Positions 63,786 through 64,000 of a stretch of 64,000 nt of DNA are shown here, piece after piece (positions within the stretch are counted from its first letter, which is position 1; every line of letters starts with the position of its first letter). The stretch is from Macrostomum hystrix (lineage: Eukaryota > Animalia > Platyhelminthes). The notes under the pieces were generated by a model, which was not told where the DNA came from, did not search any database, and worked only from the letters and a program-made list of their open reading frames with translations. Both the position numbers and the translations under genes were made by a program. Location of the stretch: NCBI GenBank assembly GCA_950097015.1, contig CATNEN010000029.1, positions 3,038,001-3,102,000 of the forward strand. Reading direction: 5' to 3'.

Positions 63786-64000
63786 ATGACGTCACCATTT
63801 AGCCCGACGGCCAAGGCGTGTGTGTGGGCCGCCTTCGCTAGCGTGATGGCCGCCTCGCTAATCGGCAACTCGCTGGTGGTCTGGATAATCTTGGCCCACG
63901 CCAAGATGCGCAGCAGCACGAACATCTTCCTGTTGAGTCTCAGCCTCTCCGATTTGCTATTCAACCTGCTGCAGGTGGTACCGAATGTGGCCAACGCTGT
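63786..64000 (+). CDS. Class A (rhodopsin-family) GPCR, neuropeptide/tachykinin-receptor-like, partial
   Basis: MTSPFSPTAKACVWAAFASVMAASLIGNSLVVWIILAHAKMRSSTNIFLLSLSLSDLLF: TM1 GNxLV, loop MRxxTNxFL, TM2 LSxxD; in-frame acceptor at 63776, so an upstream exon is possible; runs off the window. Confidence 0.85.
   Translation, partial: MTSPFSPTAKACVWAAFASVMAASLIGNSLVVWIILAHAKMRSSTNIFLLSLSLSDLLFNLLQVVPNVANA

Overview
Eukaryotic (animal) genomic DNA with short GC-rich exons separated by long tandem-repeat arrays. The repeat-saturated style suggests a flatworm such as Macrostomum, but this is inference only. Contents in order: three identical tRNA-Asp(GTC) genes (+/-/+); a two-exon SPRY/SOCS-box gene (SPSB3-like); an unidentified two-exon gene with a 46-Gln tract; a frameshift-split MS4A/CD20-like four-TM gene on the minus strand; an internally deleted Tc1 element with ~141-bp TIRs and TA target duplication; two tRNA-derived SINE families; the 3' end of a non-LTR retrotransposon; and a ~560-bp TIR element. 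A complete cGMP-dependent protein kinase gene (PRKG1-like) follows, with two alternative leucine-zipper first exons and 12 shared exons, all phases reconciled by hand (714 and 707 aa). The first coding exon of a class A neuropeptide-type GPCR runs off the window end. About 35 unrelated micro- and minisatellite arrays fill introns and intergenic space. Several are built from canonical transcription-factor motifs (GC box, CCAAT, GTCACGTGAC, TGACGTCA), and two form inverted or fold-back structures inside PKG intron 1a. Most long ORFs in the supplied track are translations of these repeats. No CRISPR array or prokaryotic system is present. Array boundaries and copy numbers are approximate and were counted by eye.
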